Shown: positions 1-10,013, counted from the stretch's first letter. The stretch: 64,000 nt of DNA from a virus (IMGVR_UViG_3300028558_000029:356-64355), one strand, 5' to 3'. Translations and numbers: made by a program. The notes: generated from the sequence alone by a model not told the origin.

Positions 1-176
1 GCAAGCATGAGGCGGCGGAGGCTTGCTTCCGCAGGGCCGTCGAGCTGCTCGGCGAGGAGCCTTACGCGCTCTCCAATGTCGGCTGGTCGCGCTACCTTCA
101 GGGCGACGTGCATGGCGGGATCGCCTGGACGGAGCGCTCGCGCAAGGTGACGACCAGCCTGCCCGGCCCGTTGAAC
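1..176 (+). repeat. Terminal direct repeat copy 1 (matches 63825-64000, 6 mismatches)
   Basis: Direct alignment; mismatches at 20,23,30,32,62,65; 66-176 identical. Confidence 0.95.
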
Positions 177-1190
177 AATCTGGCCCATATGTATATGGGG
201 GTTAGGGATCATGAGAGCGGCCTGTCGCTTGCCGAGCAGGCGATCGCCCTCGATCCGGGCAATCCGACCTACCGGGTGAGCCGGGCCTTCGCCCTTCTCT
301 ATAACGACGAAGTGTCGAAGGGCCTGCGCGAGTACGAATCGCGCTTCCGCTTTAAGCTGAAGGAATTCGAGAACTATCCGATGCCGTTCTGGCGCGGCGA
401 GAAGACCGGGCATCTGTTCATCGTCGGTGAGCAGGGCATCGGCGACACTATTCAGTTCGGACGGTTCATCAAGCGGGCCGGGATGTACGCGGAGCGCCTG
501 ACGATCAGCGTACACCCGGCCCTGGTCAAGCTGTTTACGGCGGAGTTTGATGGGTTAGCGACGATCATCGGATCGCCGGCCCCGATGCCGGAGGCGGATT
601 ACTACTGTCCGATGATGAGCCTGCCGGTGGCGATGGGACTGAAGGACAACGAAATCCTGGAGATCGGCGAAGAGTGGACAGGGCGGCCGATCGCCACGAC
701 CATACAGCCGGACTGGCTGGTCCCCAGTCGCAAGCTGCATGTCGGCATCGCCTGGGCCGGCAGCCCGGACATGGAGAACAACACCAACCGCTCGACGGTG
801 CCGGAGGAGTTTCTCGCGCTCTACGACGCGCCCGGCATCCAGCTCTACAGCCTCCAGGTCGGGCCGGAAGCGCTGCCGAACAAGCATGCCCATCTCGGCA
901 ATCTGATCAAGGACCTGTCCTGGGAGATCAGGGATGTCACCGATACCATGGCTATCATGGAGCATCTGGACGCGGTGGTGAGCGTCTGCACCTCGGTGGT
1001 CCATATCGCTGGCGCGGTCTGCCTTCCGTTCGCCGTGCTGTCGCCGTCCCGAGCCCCGCACTGGGTCTGGGGTTACAATGACCGCTCGGTATGGTATCCG
1101 GAGACGGCGCATGTGTTCCGTCAGCGCTTCGGTGGCGACTGGCGTCCGGCGATGAAGGAGGCTGCTGAATGGCTGACGACGCTAAAGTAA
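1..1190 (+). CDS. TPR + GT-B (GT9/FlmG-like) glycosyltransferase, 3' part (gene starts at 63638)
   Basis: TPR-like helices, GEQGIGDTIQFGRF, VGIAWAGS and DAVVSVCTSVVHIAGA motifs. Confidence 0.85.
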   Translation, partial: KHEAAEACFRRAVELLGEEPYALSNVGWSRYLQGDVHGGIAWTERSRKVTTSLPGPLNNLAHMYMGVRDHESGLSLAEQAIALDPGNPTYRVSRAFALLYNDEVSKGLREYESRFRFKLKEFENYPMPFWRGEKTGHLFIVGEQGIGDTIQFGRFIKRAGMYAERLTISVHPALVKLFTAEFDGLATIIGSPAPMPEADYYCPMMSLPVAMGLKDNEILEIGEEWTGRPIATTIQPDWLVPSRKLHVGIAWAGSPDMENNTNRSTVPEEFLALYDAPGIQLYSLQVGPEALPNKHAHLGNLIKDLSWEIRDVTDTMAIMEHLDAVVSVCTSVVHIAGAVCLPFAVLSPSRAPHWVWGYNDRSVWYPETAHVFRQRFGGDWRPAMKEAAEWLTTLK

Positions 1191-1444
1191 TCGGGCTGGT
1201 CACAGCGCCATTGGCGTCCGAAAAGATAAGGAATCAGATAGTTGAGTATCTGAAGGAATGCCTTTATCTGGCTGAGAAAGGGGAGGTGGACGATGTTCTG
1301 ATCATCGTCAACCTGACCAGCCACAAATGGCGGGACTTTGTCAGCGGGACGAACAACTTTTCGGTAAGGATAGGCCGCCTTGAGATCGTCAAGGCAGCCA
1401 TGATCGAGATGTACCGTCAGGAAGAGGAAAGCGAAAGTGACTGA
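1169..1444 (+). CDS. hypothetical protein
   Basis: ORF in tightly packed operon with AAGGAGG SD. Confidence 0.7.
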   Translation: MADDAKVIGLVTAPLASEKIRNQIVEYLKECLYLAEKGEVDDVLIIVNLTSHKWRDFVSGTNNFSVRIGRLEIVKAAMIEMYRQEEESESD

Positions 1445-1718
1445 AGACAAGGGATACGTTGTCAACGACGTCGATCCAGACGAACCCTCGCACCGCTTCA
1501 CCATGTTCCTTGCCGATCTGTGCGGCAATGCGCTGGCCCAGGGGCTGGGGCTGGATACGGTTAGCAACGCGATGACCAGCGCCTTCGTCAACATCGCGTT
1601 CCACAATGGCGTGCCGGCCGAGCACGTCGCGGAGCGACTGCACCGGCTCGCCGAACTGATGCCGCGCATCTACCAGGACATGCGGCTGATCAATATGGAT
1701 GTGCAAGGGAGCGCGTGA
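1437..1718 (+). CDS. hypothetical protein
   Basis: Overlap-coupled ORF. Confidence 0.7.
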   Translation: MTEDKGYVVNDVDPDEPSHRFTMFLADLCGNALAQGLGLDTVSNAMTSAFVNIAFHNGVPAEHVAERLHRLAELMPRIYQDMRLINMDVQGSA

Positions 1719-2011
1719 TGAGCCTGATGGAGTTCATAAATTCCGCGAACCGCCGGTATCTGAGGTGGGCCGAGCGCAGAAGGAACGCGCGCCTCGCCCG
1801 CCGGGCGGTCAAGGCCGCAGGAAAGAGGCAGATCGTCATGACCAGACTGATCTGGATCGATGAGGCGGAGCTGCGCGGAATGGGAGCTGTCACGGCCGAG
1901 GGCCTGTGGGTGGCCCCGACCGCAAAGCCGGTCTTTATCGCCGAGCGCGAGGATGGCTCCTACCTGATGTGGCCGACACCGCCGGTCGGCTTCAATGTGT
2001 TCGTGGAGTGA
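1715..2011 (+). CDS. hypothetical protein
   Basis: GTGA-coupled ORF. Confidence 0.65.
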   Translation: MMSLMEFINSANRRYLRWAERRRNARLARRAVKAAGKRQIVMTRLIWIDEAELRGMGAVTAEGLWVAPTAKPVFIAEREDGSYLMWPTPPVGFNVFVE

Positions 2012-2014
2012 GCG

Positions 2015-2227
2015 ATGCCTGAAATGCGCAAGGTCTTCTCCAGTCACGTCGACTCCATCGGCTATGAGGACGGTGAGCTGTTCGTGACCTATAAGTCCGG
2101 CAAGACCGCCGTCTACGAGAAGGTGCCGGAGAACGTGGCCGAGATGGTGACGGGCGCGGCGAGCATTGGCAGCGCGCTCAACGCCTATATCAAGGATGTG
2201 TACGGCTTCAGGTATCTCGACGAATGA
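2015..2227 (+). CDS. KTSC-domain protein
   Basis: SSHVDSIGYE..ELFVTYKSG..AVYEKVP...S.GS pattern, 70 aa. Confidence 0.85.
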   Translation: MPEMRKVFSSHVDSIGYEDGELFVTYKSGKTAVYEKVPENVAEMVTGAASIGSALNAYIKDVYGFRYLDE

Positions 2228-2958
2228 ACCAGACTCTCATCACCTCCAGCTCGTTCATAAAGGATGACGCGCGGGCGCAGCTGGTCAGGCTGTGGGCCGA
2301 CGTGCTGAACAAGCTGACGCCGCCGGACTGGCCGGTCATCCTGTTCGACAACGATTCGCCGATCAGCGCGGCTTCGGTGCTGGCCGACAAGGGGTTCGTC
2401 GAGCTGAAACATGATGAGCCGTGGGCACCGCACATCAAGCGGGCCATCGTGGTCAACCGCGAGCCGAACAAGTACCTGCTAAACGGCTCCGACCACTGCA
2501 CCGATGCCATTCTGTCGGCGGTCGAGGAGGGTGCGTGGACCGGCATGGAGTACGCGCTCTATCTGGAGAGCGACATGATCCTGGCCCGGAAGCCGGAGTG
2601 GATCGTGGACCGGATGCAGACCTACGGCATGCTGTGTACGAGCGCATGGAGCAAGATGCACGACTTCGTCGAGACCAATATCATGGGGTTTCACGTGAAA
2701 CAGTGCGCTGCCATGGGTCTGGTCGAGGCGTGGCGCAAGCACGAGCGGCGCGGCGGCGAATGGCCGGAGGTATGGTTCGAGAAGTTCTTCGGCGACAATC
2801 TGCATATCCTTCCGCTGCGTGGCGACCGCGATGATCGGCATGAGTTGACACGTTTAAACTGTTTGTACGCCTATCCGCGCGGCTGGGACTATCTCACCCA
2901 CTGCGATGATCTGGCGGTGTATCGTGAACTCCTGGCCAGGAATGGGGTGGAGGTATGA
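2224..2958 (+). CDS. putative GT-A glycosyltransferase-like protein
   Basis: VILFDNDS and ALYLESD (DxD-like) motifs; lies among glyco genes. Confidence 0.55.
   Translation: MNQTLITSSSFIKDDARAQLVRLWADVLNKLTPPDWPVILFDNDSPISAASVLADKGFVELKHDEPWAPHIKRAIVVNREPNKYLLNGSDHCTDAILSAVEEGAWTGMEYALYLESDMILARKPEWIVDRMQTYGMLCTSAWSKMHDFVETNIMGFHVKQCAAMGLVEAWRKHERRGGEWPEVWFEKFFGDNLHILPLRGDRDDRHELTRLNCLYAYPRGWDYLTHCDDLAVYRELLARNGVEV
2687..2702. promoter_or_regulatory. parS-like palindrome GGTTTCACGTGAAACA
   Basis: 15/16 match to consensus TGTTTCACGTGAAACA, inside a CDS. Confidence 0.7.
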
Positions 2959-3428
2959 AGATTCCGGAATGGCTGCGCCTACGCCTGCTCGCCTACGCTC
3001 GCCGCACCATGGCTTCGCGGCCCGCTGACTTCGTCATCGCGCCGTATGACGAGCCGTACCTGTACCGCTGGCATATCATCAAGACCAAGTGGTTCAGCCT
3101 GTATGTTCACAAGATGGTTCACGACGATGACGATCGCGCTCTGCACGACCATCCTGGCGACAATGTCAGCGTGTTGCTGAGTGGCGCGTACTACGAGCAT
3201 CTGGAGAATAGGCGTCGCATATCGCGAATCCAGGGTGACATGCTGTACCGGAAGGCCGAGGAGAAGCATCGTCTGGAGATGGTTTTTACAGAACAGACCA
3301 TCTCGCTCTGGGTTGTCTTCCACAAGCGTCGCGTCTGGGGCTTCTGGCCAGACGGACAGTTCGTTCCGTGGCATGACTTCGTCGACCAGGATAGTCCGGG
3401 TCGGGTGCGTGCGGATAGGAGGGTGTGA
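2955..3428 (+). CDS. cupin-fold phage protein
   Basis: YLYRW...LHDHP...LSGAYYE...H.L...WGF. Confidence 0.7.
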   Translation: MKIPEWLRLRLLAYARRTMASRPADFVIAPYDEPYLYRWHIIKTKWFSLYVHKMVHDDDDRALHDHPGDNVSVLLSGAYYEHLENRRRISRIQGDMLYRKAEEKHRLEMVFTEQTISLWVVFHKRRVWGFWPDGQFVPWHDFVDQDSPGRVRADRRV

Positions 3429-3637
3429 TGGGGAGGAAGAGGGTGCCCCTGCCGGGCCTGTCGATAGAGCTTCTCCATATGCTAAGGAACGACATGGGTT
3501 CAGAGATGAACGCGACGGTCCTGATGGCGGAAGCGTTTAGAGAGCACCTGGTCCATGAGGGCTGGCGCGTCCTGCCGCCAATCCATCACCGCAAGCCGAA
3601 GCCTGACGAAAGACAGATCGAGATGTTCGATGAGTAA
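3425..3637 (+). CDS. hypothetical protein
   Basis: Coupled ORF. Confidence 0.6.
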   Translation: MMGRKRVPLPGLSIELLHMLRNDMGSEMNATVLMAEAFREHLVHEGWRVLPPIHHRKPKPDERQIEMFDE

Positions 3638-3878
3638 GCAATCAATCGCGAATCAGTTCCGCACCATGGCCGAGCGCATCGAGGCCGCCGAGGAGAGCGA
3701 GTTCGGCGGGGCTTTTGTGATCGTTCCGCCGGACGGTGAGCAGGCTCTGATCGCAATGGTCACGTCGAACGACGGCGCGGCCGACATGTTCTACCTGCTG
3801 CTCGCCACGCAGGTTCAGAAAGAGCGGGACCGCGTGGACGCGAAGCGGCCGGGCGGCATGGGGATCAGGGGGCGGTGA
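3630..3878 (+). CDS. hypothetical protein
   Basis: MSKQSIANQFR start, coupled to neighbours. Confidence 0.65.
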   Translation: MSKQSIANQFRTMAERIEAAEESEFGGAFVIVPPDGEQALIAMVTSNDGAADMFYLLLATQVQKERDRVDAKRPGGMGIRGR

Positions 3879-4399
3879 AATACCGCGTCATCCTCGCCGA
3901 TCCGCCGTGGTCCTTCGCCACCTGGAGCGACAGGGGCAAGGGGAAGTCGGCTGACCGGCACTATTCGGTCATGACCCTGAATGATATCTGCCGCCTGCCG
4001 GTCGCCGACCGGGTTGAGGACGACGCCGTCCTGTTCCTGTGGGCGACTTGGCCGACGATCTTCTGGTCGCAGAAGGTGATCGAAGCCTGGGGCTTCACCT
4101 ACTCTGGTCTGGCCTGGGAGTGGATCAAATTCAACCCCGTCACCGGAAAATACGCCTTCGGTTGCGGCTACGGGACGCGGAAGAACGTCGAGCCGTGCCT
4201 TCTGGCGAGGCGCGGCAAGCCCGTTCTGAAGAACCGGTCGGTGCGCGACTTCCTGTTTTCGCCGCGCCGCGCCCATTCGCAGAAGCCGGACGAACAATAC
4301 GGGTTGATCGAGGCTATGTTCGACGGTCCGTACCTCGAAATGTTCGCGAGGCAGCGCCGATTCGGCTGGGATGCGTGGGGAAACGAGGTGCCGGGGTGA
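3875..4399 (+). CDS. MT-A70 family adenine methyltransferase
   Basis: ILADPPW, LFLWAT, WGF.Y, HSQKP, LEMFAR, WGNE motifs. Confidence 0.92.
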   Translation: MKYRVILADPPWSFATWSDRGKGKSADRHYSVMTLNDICRLPVADRVEDDAVLFLWATWPTIFWSQKVIEAWGFTYSGLAWEWIKFNPVTGKYAFGCGYGTRKNVEPCLLARRGKPVLKNRSVRDFLFSPRRAHSQKPDEQYGLIEAMFDGPYLEMFARQRRFGWDAWGNEVPG

Positions 4400-5556
4400 G
4401 TCTGTTCGAAAACGCTGACCTGATTGTCGTCGGCGCTGGCTTTTTCGGCCTGACAATCGCCGAAAGAGCCGCATCAGCCGGCTTCAACGTCACGATTATC
4501 GACAAACGCAGCCATTCCGGCGGCTCCGCGAACGCCTATTTCGACAAATCTACCGGAATCGAGGTGCATCGCTACGGTCCGCACGTCTTCCACACCAATT
4601 CCGACGATGTCTGGAACTACCTTTCGCGCTTCACCGGCTGGTATCCCTATACGCAGCGCACCTGGACGGTGGCGCGCGGCGGCGTCTGGCCCCTGCCGGT
4701 CAATCTGGCGACGATTTCGCTCTATACCGGCGCTGCGATGTCGCCTGGACTGGCGAGGAACTGGGTCGAGCAGCATGCGGCCGAGATCAGGGGTCGGCCT
4801 GGCAATCTGGAGGAGAAAGCCATCGCTTCGATCGGCCGTCCGCTCTACGAGCTGCTGATCAGGGGCTACACGGCCAAGCAATGGGACACCGATCCGAAGC
4901 TGCTGCCGCCGGAAACGGTGGCGCGCATGCCGGTGCGCTACACCTACGACAACCGCTACTTCACCAGCAAGTATGAGGGCCTGCCGATCGACGGCTACGA
5001 CACTATGTTTTCCAGGATGGTGAACCAGGACCATATCAGCTTGTATGTCAACACGGAATGGGACGAAGTTAAGTCGCTGCGTTCGGATATACCGGTCGTT
5101 TACACGGGTCCGGTCGACGCCTATTTCGGCTATCGCCTGGGCCGGCTCAACTGGCGGGTGGTCGATCTGGAGATGGAGCGTCTGGCCGGCGACTTCCAGG
5201 GAATTCCAGTCATGTACTATGCCGACGAGCACATTCCGTTCACTCGCATCAGCGAGTTCAAGCACTTCCGTCCCGACCGTGACTACGGAGAGGAAACCAT
5301 CATCGCTCGCGAGTACAGCCGGGCGGCGGTGCCGGGGGATGTGCCTCACTATCCCGTAAATACGCCGGGCGATCGCATGCTCTACGACGCCTACGCGACC
5401 ATGGCGCGGTCTGAACCGAACACGTTCTTCGGCGGACGGCTGGCGACGTATCGCTACCTGGATATGCACCAAGCGGTGGGATCGGCGCTGAAGATGTGGT
5501 CCAACCAGATAGAGCCGCAGCTATCTAATCGTCATAATCGTACTATCCGCGCATAG
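4396..5556 (+). CDS. glf: UDP-galactopyranose mutase
   Basis: VVGAGFFG FAD motif, HRYGPHVFHTN, YT.KQW, GRLATYRYLDMHQ; GTG start overlaps upstream TGA. Confidence 0.95.
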   Translation: MSLFENADLIVVGAGFFGLTIAERAASAGFNVTIIDKRSHSGGSANAYFDKSTGIEVHRYGPHVFHTNSDDVWNYLSRFTGWYPYTQRTWTVARGGVWPLPVNLATISLYTGAAMSPGLARNWVEQHAAEIRGRPGNLEEKAIASIGRPLYELLIRGYTAKQWDTDPKLLPPETVARMPVRYTYDNRYFTSKYEGLPIDGYDTMFSRMVNQDHISLYVNTEWDEVKSLRSDIPVVYTGPVDAYFGYRLGRLNWRVVDLEMERLAGDFQGIPVMYYADEHIPFTRISEFKHFRPDRDYGEETIIAREYSRAAVPGDVPHYPVNTPGDRMLYDAYATMARSEPNTFFGGRLATYRYLDMHQAVGSALKMWSNQIEPQLSNRHNRTIRA

Positions 5557-5592
5557 CTCTATCGTAAAGGCCGGCCCCGCAATGTTAAATGC

Positions 5593-7512
5593 GTGGCTAT
5601 GGCCGATCTTGTCGAGAGCGGGGCTTGGACGCCGGAGAAGGTTGCTGCCTTCCGGGCCGGTTTCTACGAGTTCCTGAAATATGTCGTCATCAACTCGAAG
5701 GATACCGGCGGCCTCACGGTCATGGCCGACAATATCTATTTTGCGCAGCAACGCTTTCTCGACTCCGTGTTCGACGGGCTCTCTGAAGATGTTCATGACT
5801 TCAAGGCCCTGAAGAGCCGACAGCTCGGCATCTCCACCATCTCGCGAGCCCTCGCCCTCTTCTGGCTCGGCGTCCATCCCGGCCTCCAGGGCGCGATGAT
5901 CTTCGACACCGACTCCAACAAGGAAGTGGCGAGGGCAGAGATCACCACGATCCTGGACAATCTGCCGGCTCGCTTCGGATTCCCCGGAAAGAAGAGCGAG
6001 AACCGCTACGGCCTGCGCCTGTCCAACGACAGCTTCCTCCGCTTCATGTCAGCCGGTGTGCGTTCCAATCGCTCCAGCGGTACGCTGGGCCGGTCGAGCG
6101 GCCTGAACATGGTCTGGGCCAGCGAAATGTGCAGCTGGGAAAACCCGGAAGGTATCGTCTCGCTCCGGCAGGCGCTGTCCGACAAATACAAGGACCGACT
6201 CTATATATGGGAGTCGACGGCGCGCGGCTTCAACGACTGGTATCGCATGTGGCAGGACGCGCGGGCCGATAGCCTGACCCAGCGCACCGTGTTCATCGGC
6301 TGGTGGGCGCGCGAGGACCAGCGCTTCGTCAAGGGCTCCAAGGGCTTCGATCTGTACGGCCTGGAGCCGCCAACCGAGGGCGAACAGGAGAAGATCGACG
6401 CGGTTCGCGACCAGTATGGCTACGAAGTCGACCAGGAGCAGCTGGCCTGGTATCGCTGGAAGTCCAATCCGATCGCCGCCGACGATGACGAGTTCGATGG
6501 CGAAGGCGAGGAGAGCGGCTATCTCCAGCAGGACCAGCCCTGGACCGAAGACGAAGCGTTTATACAGACCGGAAGCCAGTTCTTTCCGGCCGACAAGCTG
6601 ACCCAGATCACCAAGGAAACCGTAACCGACAATTACAAGCCGTACTATTTCGTGCCGGCCACCGAGTTCGTCTACATGCAGGTTCATCCGGCGCTGAACC
6701 GCCGCATGACCCAGCTCAAGGTGTGGGAGGAGCCCGACGAGCACGGCCACTATGTCTTGTCCGGCGATCCGGCCTTTGGCCACAACGAGAAGAACGATCG
6801 CTCCGCCCTTCAGGTGCTGCGCTGCTATGCCGACTGCGTAGAGCAGGTTGCCGAGTTCGCCAGCCCGAACTTCCAGCCCCACCAGTTCGCCTGGGTCATG
6901 ATGAGTCTGGCCGGATGGTACAAGAACTCACGCTTGATCATCGAACTGAACGGACCCGGAGAGGCCATGCTGCGCGAGATGCAGCAGCTGCCCGCCGTGA
7001 TCCAGCGTGGCTACCTGCGCCCGGTGGCCGAGGAGCTGGGGCTGAAGAACATCTTCAGCAACGTCAGACACTATATATATACGAAGACCGATTCGATGGG
7101 GGCCGGTCACGTCCTTCATTTGAAGACCAACAGCTCGCTCAAGGTCACCATCATGGAGCGTTGTCGGGACTTCACCTCGACCGGCCGGCTGATCATCCAT
7201 TCCAGGGACCTGATCGACGAGATGAAGACCATCCGTCGCGAGGGGGACAAGATCGAAGCCGAAGCATCCAACAAGGACGACCGGGTCTTCTCAATGGCCA
7301 TGGGGCTGCGGGCCTGGGAGCAGGCTGAGCGCATGGCCCTGGTGTCGCAGGGCAAGACTCGCGCTGTCGAGAACGCCAAGAAGCAATTCACCCTGGCCGA
7401 TCAGATGGCCCTGCTCAACAAGATGCAGATCGAATCGTTCTTTAAACGTAAGATCGCCACGCGCCGCAATCTGGCGGCGGACTTGCGTCGCAACACCTGG
7501 AGATATCGCTGA
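5593..7512 (+). CDS. terL: terminase large subunit
   Basis: KSRQLGIST Walker A, WESTARG, GDPAFG..ND.S, IIELNG, DDRVFS nuclease motifs. Confidence 0.92.
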   Translation: MAMADLVESGAWTPEKVAAFRAGFYEFLKYVVINSKDTGGLTVMADNIYFAQQRFLDSVFDGLSEDVHDFKALKSRQLGISTISRALALFWLGVHPGLQGAMIFDTDSNKEVARAEITTILDNLPARFGFPGKKSENRYGLRLSNDSFLRFMSAGVRSNRSSGTLGRSSGLNMVWASEMCSWENPEGIVSLRQALSDKYKDRLYIWESTARGFNDWYRMWQDARADSLTQRTVFIGWWAREDQRFVKGSKGFDLYGLEPPTEGEQEKIDAVRDQYGYEVDQEQLAWYRWKSNPIAADDDEFDGEGEESGYLQQDQPWTEDEAFIQTGSQFFPADKLTQITKETVTDNYKPYYFVPATEFVYMQVHPALNRRMTQLKVWEEPDEHGHYVLSGDPAFGHNEKNDRSALQVLRCYADCVEQVAEFASPNFQPHQFAWVMMSLAGWYKNSRLIIELNGPGEAMLREMQQLPAVIQRGYLRPVAEELGLKNIFSNVRHYIYTKTDSMGAGHVLHLKTNSSLKVTIMERCRDFTSTGRLIIHSRDLIDEMKTIRREGDKIEAEASNKDDRVFSMAMGLRAWEQAERMALVSQGKTRAVENAKKQFTLADQMALLNKMQIESFFKRKIATRRNLAADLRRNTWRYR

Positions 7513-8054
7513 TGCGCGAGCGTTGCTATCGCTGCCCTGATTGTGGCGGTTCGTTCTGGGTTCCGCTTGTCTCGGCCAACCAGCCGCCTCCGGACGACTG
7601 CCCGATCTGTCATGGAGCAGGAGCGCCGCCAGCCGAGCCGGTCGACATCAGCGATCTGCGTTTTCCACACATCGCCAAGTCGATCGGCAAAGTGACCGAC
7701 AAGGTCTACCGCGACATGGAGTCCGGTTCCCAGGCCAGGGCCGAGATGGCCGCCGAGGTGCTGGGCGAGAGCGCCGCCGAAACCGGCATGGCGATGACCA
7801 ATCTGAAGGACAGCCTGCGCGAGGGCGACACTGCCGCCGCCCTGCCGGTCAGCCCAGAGATGACCAGCTTCGTCCAGAACAACCCCAATGTCATGAACAT
7901 GAAGTCGCCTGAAGTCGGGGCCGAATTCGCCGCCGCGACCCGGCAGGGACCGGCCGCTGGGGCCGGAGACTGGGTCCGCTCGCAGGTTCAGCGCCAGCAC
8001 CACGTAACGGCGGCGTCGGTCATGCGTGCCGGCAATATGGGGGTGGCCAAGTGA
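7512..8054 (+). CDS. zinc-ribbon (FmdB-like) phage protein
   Basis: YRCPDCG...CPICHG, between TerL and portal. Confidence 0.7.
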   Translation: MRERCYRCPDCGGSFWVPLVSANQPPPDDCPICHGAGAPPAEPVDISDLRFPHIAKSIGKVTDKVYRDMESGSQARAEMAAEVLGESAAETGMAMTNLKDSLREGDTAAALPVSPEMTSFVQNNPNVMNMKSPEVGAEFAAATRQGPAAGAGDWVRSQVQRQHHVTAASVMRAGNMGVAK

Positions 8055-9724
8055 TCTTCCCGACTTCCCACAAGGAAACCCTCAAGTTCGCCCAGGAGCG
8101 GGTGGCCGAGTGCTCGATTTCGATGGGGTCCAGGCAGGCGCTCTGCCAGCAATACTACCAGTGGGTGGAGACTGGCCGGGCCAGCGGGGTTCGTGCCCTG
8201 GTCAACAAGCTGTACGCCCATCTCGACAATCTGGCGTCGCACCTGTTCAGCCCGTCCGACTTGCGATTCCATATCGATTTCGAGACTCCCTACGACACCG
8301 ACTTTCTGAAGAAGGCCGAGATGGCATCGCGCGTCCTGACGCGCGAGTGGCAGCGCCACGACATCGATATGATCTTCGCCTCGGCGGTCCCGCCGGCCCT
8401 GCAATACGGGGCGGCGTTCATCTGCCAGAACGAAACCTTCAACGGCGTGACCGGGCGTCTGGTGATGCCGTGGAATCTCGGCGTCTACAACGAGACGATC
8501 AACAATCTGGACGACCAGGAAGCCATCCTGGAGACGATGTTCCTCACCAAGTCCGAGGTGTGGCGTCGGATCAGCCACCTTCCTGACGCCGAGAAACTGT
8601 ACAAGCGGATCGTCACCAATGCTCGCCAGCAGAGCGGCGTCGGCACCGGAACCAGCTTCTTCCATCAGGTTCTGTCGACATCGACGCTCGATACCTCGTT
8701 GACCGGCACCGGCAACCGTATCCAGTCCGGCGGTATTGTCCAGCTTTCCAATGATCCCGGCTATGCGATCATGGGGCCGGACGTGGCGGCGGAGATGATC
8801 AAGTTCCACCAGCTCTACGTGGTCGACGACGAGCGCGGCGACTGGACCACGATCCAGATGGTCGACCCGGACGTGATCATCGCGCCGATCTTCAAGCGCT
8901 CGAACATGTTCGTGAAGCACCGGCAGCCCTATTCGATCATCCAGCCCAACTACAAGCAGGGCTACATCTGGGGCCGGTCCGAGATTACCGATCTGATCGA
9001 GCCGCAGAACCTGTCGGCGACATGGTGGGACGACATCCGCCGCGTTATGGGCACCATGTACGACAAGCTGCTGGCCTTTCCTGGCTACGATGGCCTGACC
9101 GACGAACTGTATGACCAGTTCCGCGCCCAGGGCTATATGGGCCTGCCGCAGGGGGCCGATGTCAAGGATTTGACCCCAAAGCTGCCGCAGGAAGCCTTCA
9201 CCGCTGTCGAGATGCTGTACCGGCAGATGGACGCCATCGCCGGCTTCGACAATATCCTGTCCGGTCAGGGCCAGTCCGGCGTCAGGGCCGGCGTTCACGC
9301 CGAGACGCTGACTCGCAATGCCAGTCCGCGATTGCGCGACCGTTCGCTTCTGGTCGAGCGCCAGTGCGCGGCGGCGGCCGACAAGACCTTCGCCCTGCTC
9401 CAGGCCAAGGATGCGTCGGCCTACTGGACGGACGCCAACAATCCGGAGCCGACCCAGTTCCTGCTGTCGCAGCTTCCGGATGACATCCACATCACGGTGG
9501 ACAGCCACTCCTCAAGCCCGATCTACGAGGAGGATCATCGCGAGCTGATCGCGTTCGGCATCAAATCAGGATTCATTACCGGCGAAACAGCAATCGAAGA
9601 GCTGCCGTTCCCGTCCAAAGACCTGCTGCTTGCTCGCCTCAAGCAGCAGCAGGAGCAGCACGCCAAGCTGCTCCAGGAGCATCCAGAATTGCTCGCCAAG
9701 GAAGTCGGCAAGCACCACAGGTGA
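8051..9724 (+). CDS. portal protein
   Basis: 557 aa after TerL, WGRSE motif, helical C-terminus. Confidence 0.8.
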   Translation: MIFPTSHKETLKFAQERVAECSISMGSRQALCQQYYQWVETGRASGVRALVNKLYAHLDNLASHLFSPSDLRFHIDFETPYDTDFLKKAEMASRVLTREWQRHDIDMIFASAVPPALQYGAAFICQNETFNGVTGRLVMPWNLGVYNETINNLDDQEAILETMFLTKSEVWRRISHLPDAEKLYKRIVTNARQQSGVGTGTSFFHQVLSTSTLDTSLTGTGNRIQSGGIVQLSNDPGYAIMGPDVAAEMIKFHQLYVVDDERGDWTTIQMVDPDVIIAPIFKRSNMFVKHRQPYSIIQPNYKQGYIWGRSEITDLIEPQNLSATWWDDIRRVMGTMYDKLLAFPGYDGLTDELYDQFRAQGYMGLPQGADVKDLTPKLPQEAFTAVEMLYRQMDAIAGFDNILSGQGQSGVRAGVHAETLTRNASPRLRDRSLLVERQCAAAADKTFALLQAKDASAYWTDANNPEPTQFLLSQLPDDIHITVDSHSSSPIYEEDHRELIAFGIKSGFITGETAIEELPFPSKDLLLARLKQQQEQHAKLLQEHPELLAKEVGKHHR

Positions 9725-9725
9725 C

Positions 9726-10013
9726 CTAGTCCTGGGCTGGTTCGTCGCCATAGTCTGGCGGTGTCCAGTTCAGGCGTTCCTTCATGTAGTTTTCGATGTC
9801 CTCGCGGCGGTAGCGGATGGTCCTCTGACCAAACCAGTACCACGGCGGACCATCGTGCTTGCGACGGCGCGCATCGCGTAGCCAGTCGTGCGAGACGTGC
9901 AGCAGGTAAGCGGCCTGCGCCGTGTTCAGCATATTCCCGAACGTCTTCGAATCGAGCGGAGTGCGCGACTCGCCCCTTCCGGCCCGTCCGGTTGTGTCGG
10001 TGCTCATCGTCAT
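9726..10013 (-). CDS. AlpA/excisionase-like HTH protein
   Basis: LNTAQAAYLL.VS..WL...R...GPP....G.R.IRY...DI. Confidence 0.8.
   Translation of the reverse strand: MTMSTDTTGRAGRGESRTPLDSKTFGNMLNTAQAAYLLHVSHDWLRDARRRKHDGPPWYWFGQRTIRYRREDIENYMKERLNWTPPDYGDEPAQD

Noticed and set aside
1-176. Diversity-generating retroelement TR/VR pair with 63825-64000
   Set aside because: Differences are synonymous and not adenine-specific; no reverse transcriptase is present
7988-9508. Long antisense ORFs opposite portal, glf, TerL, amidoligase and others
   Set aside because: Expected shadow ORFs from high GC3 codon bias; no recognisable motifs
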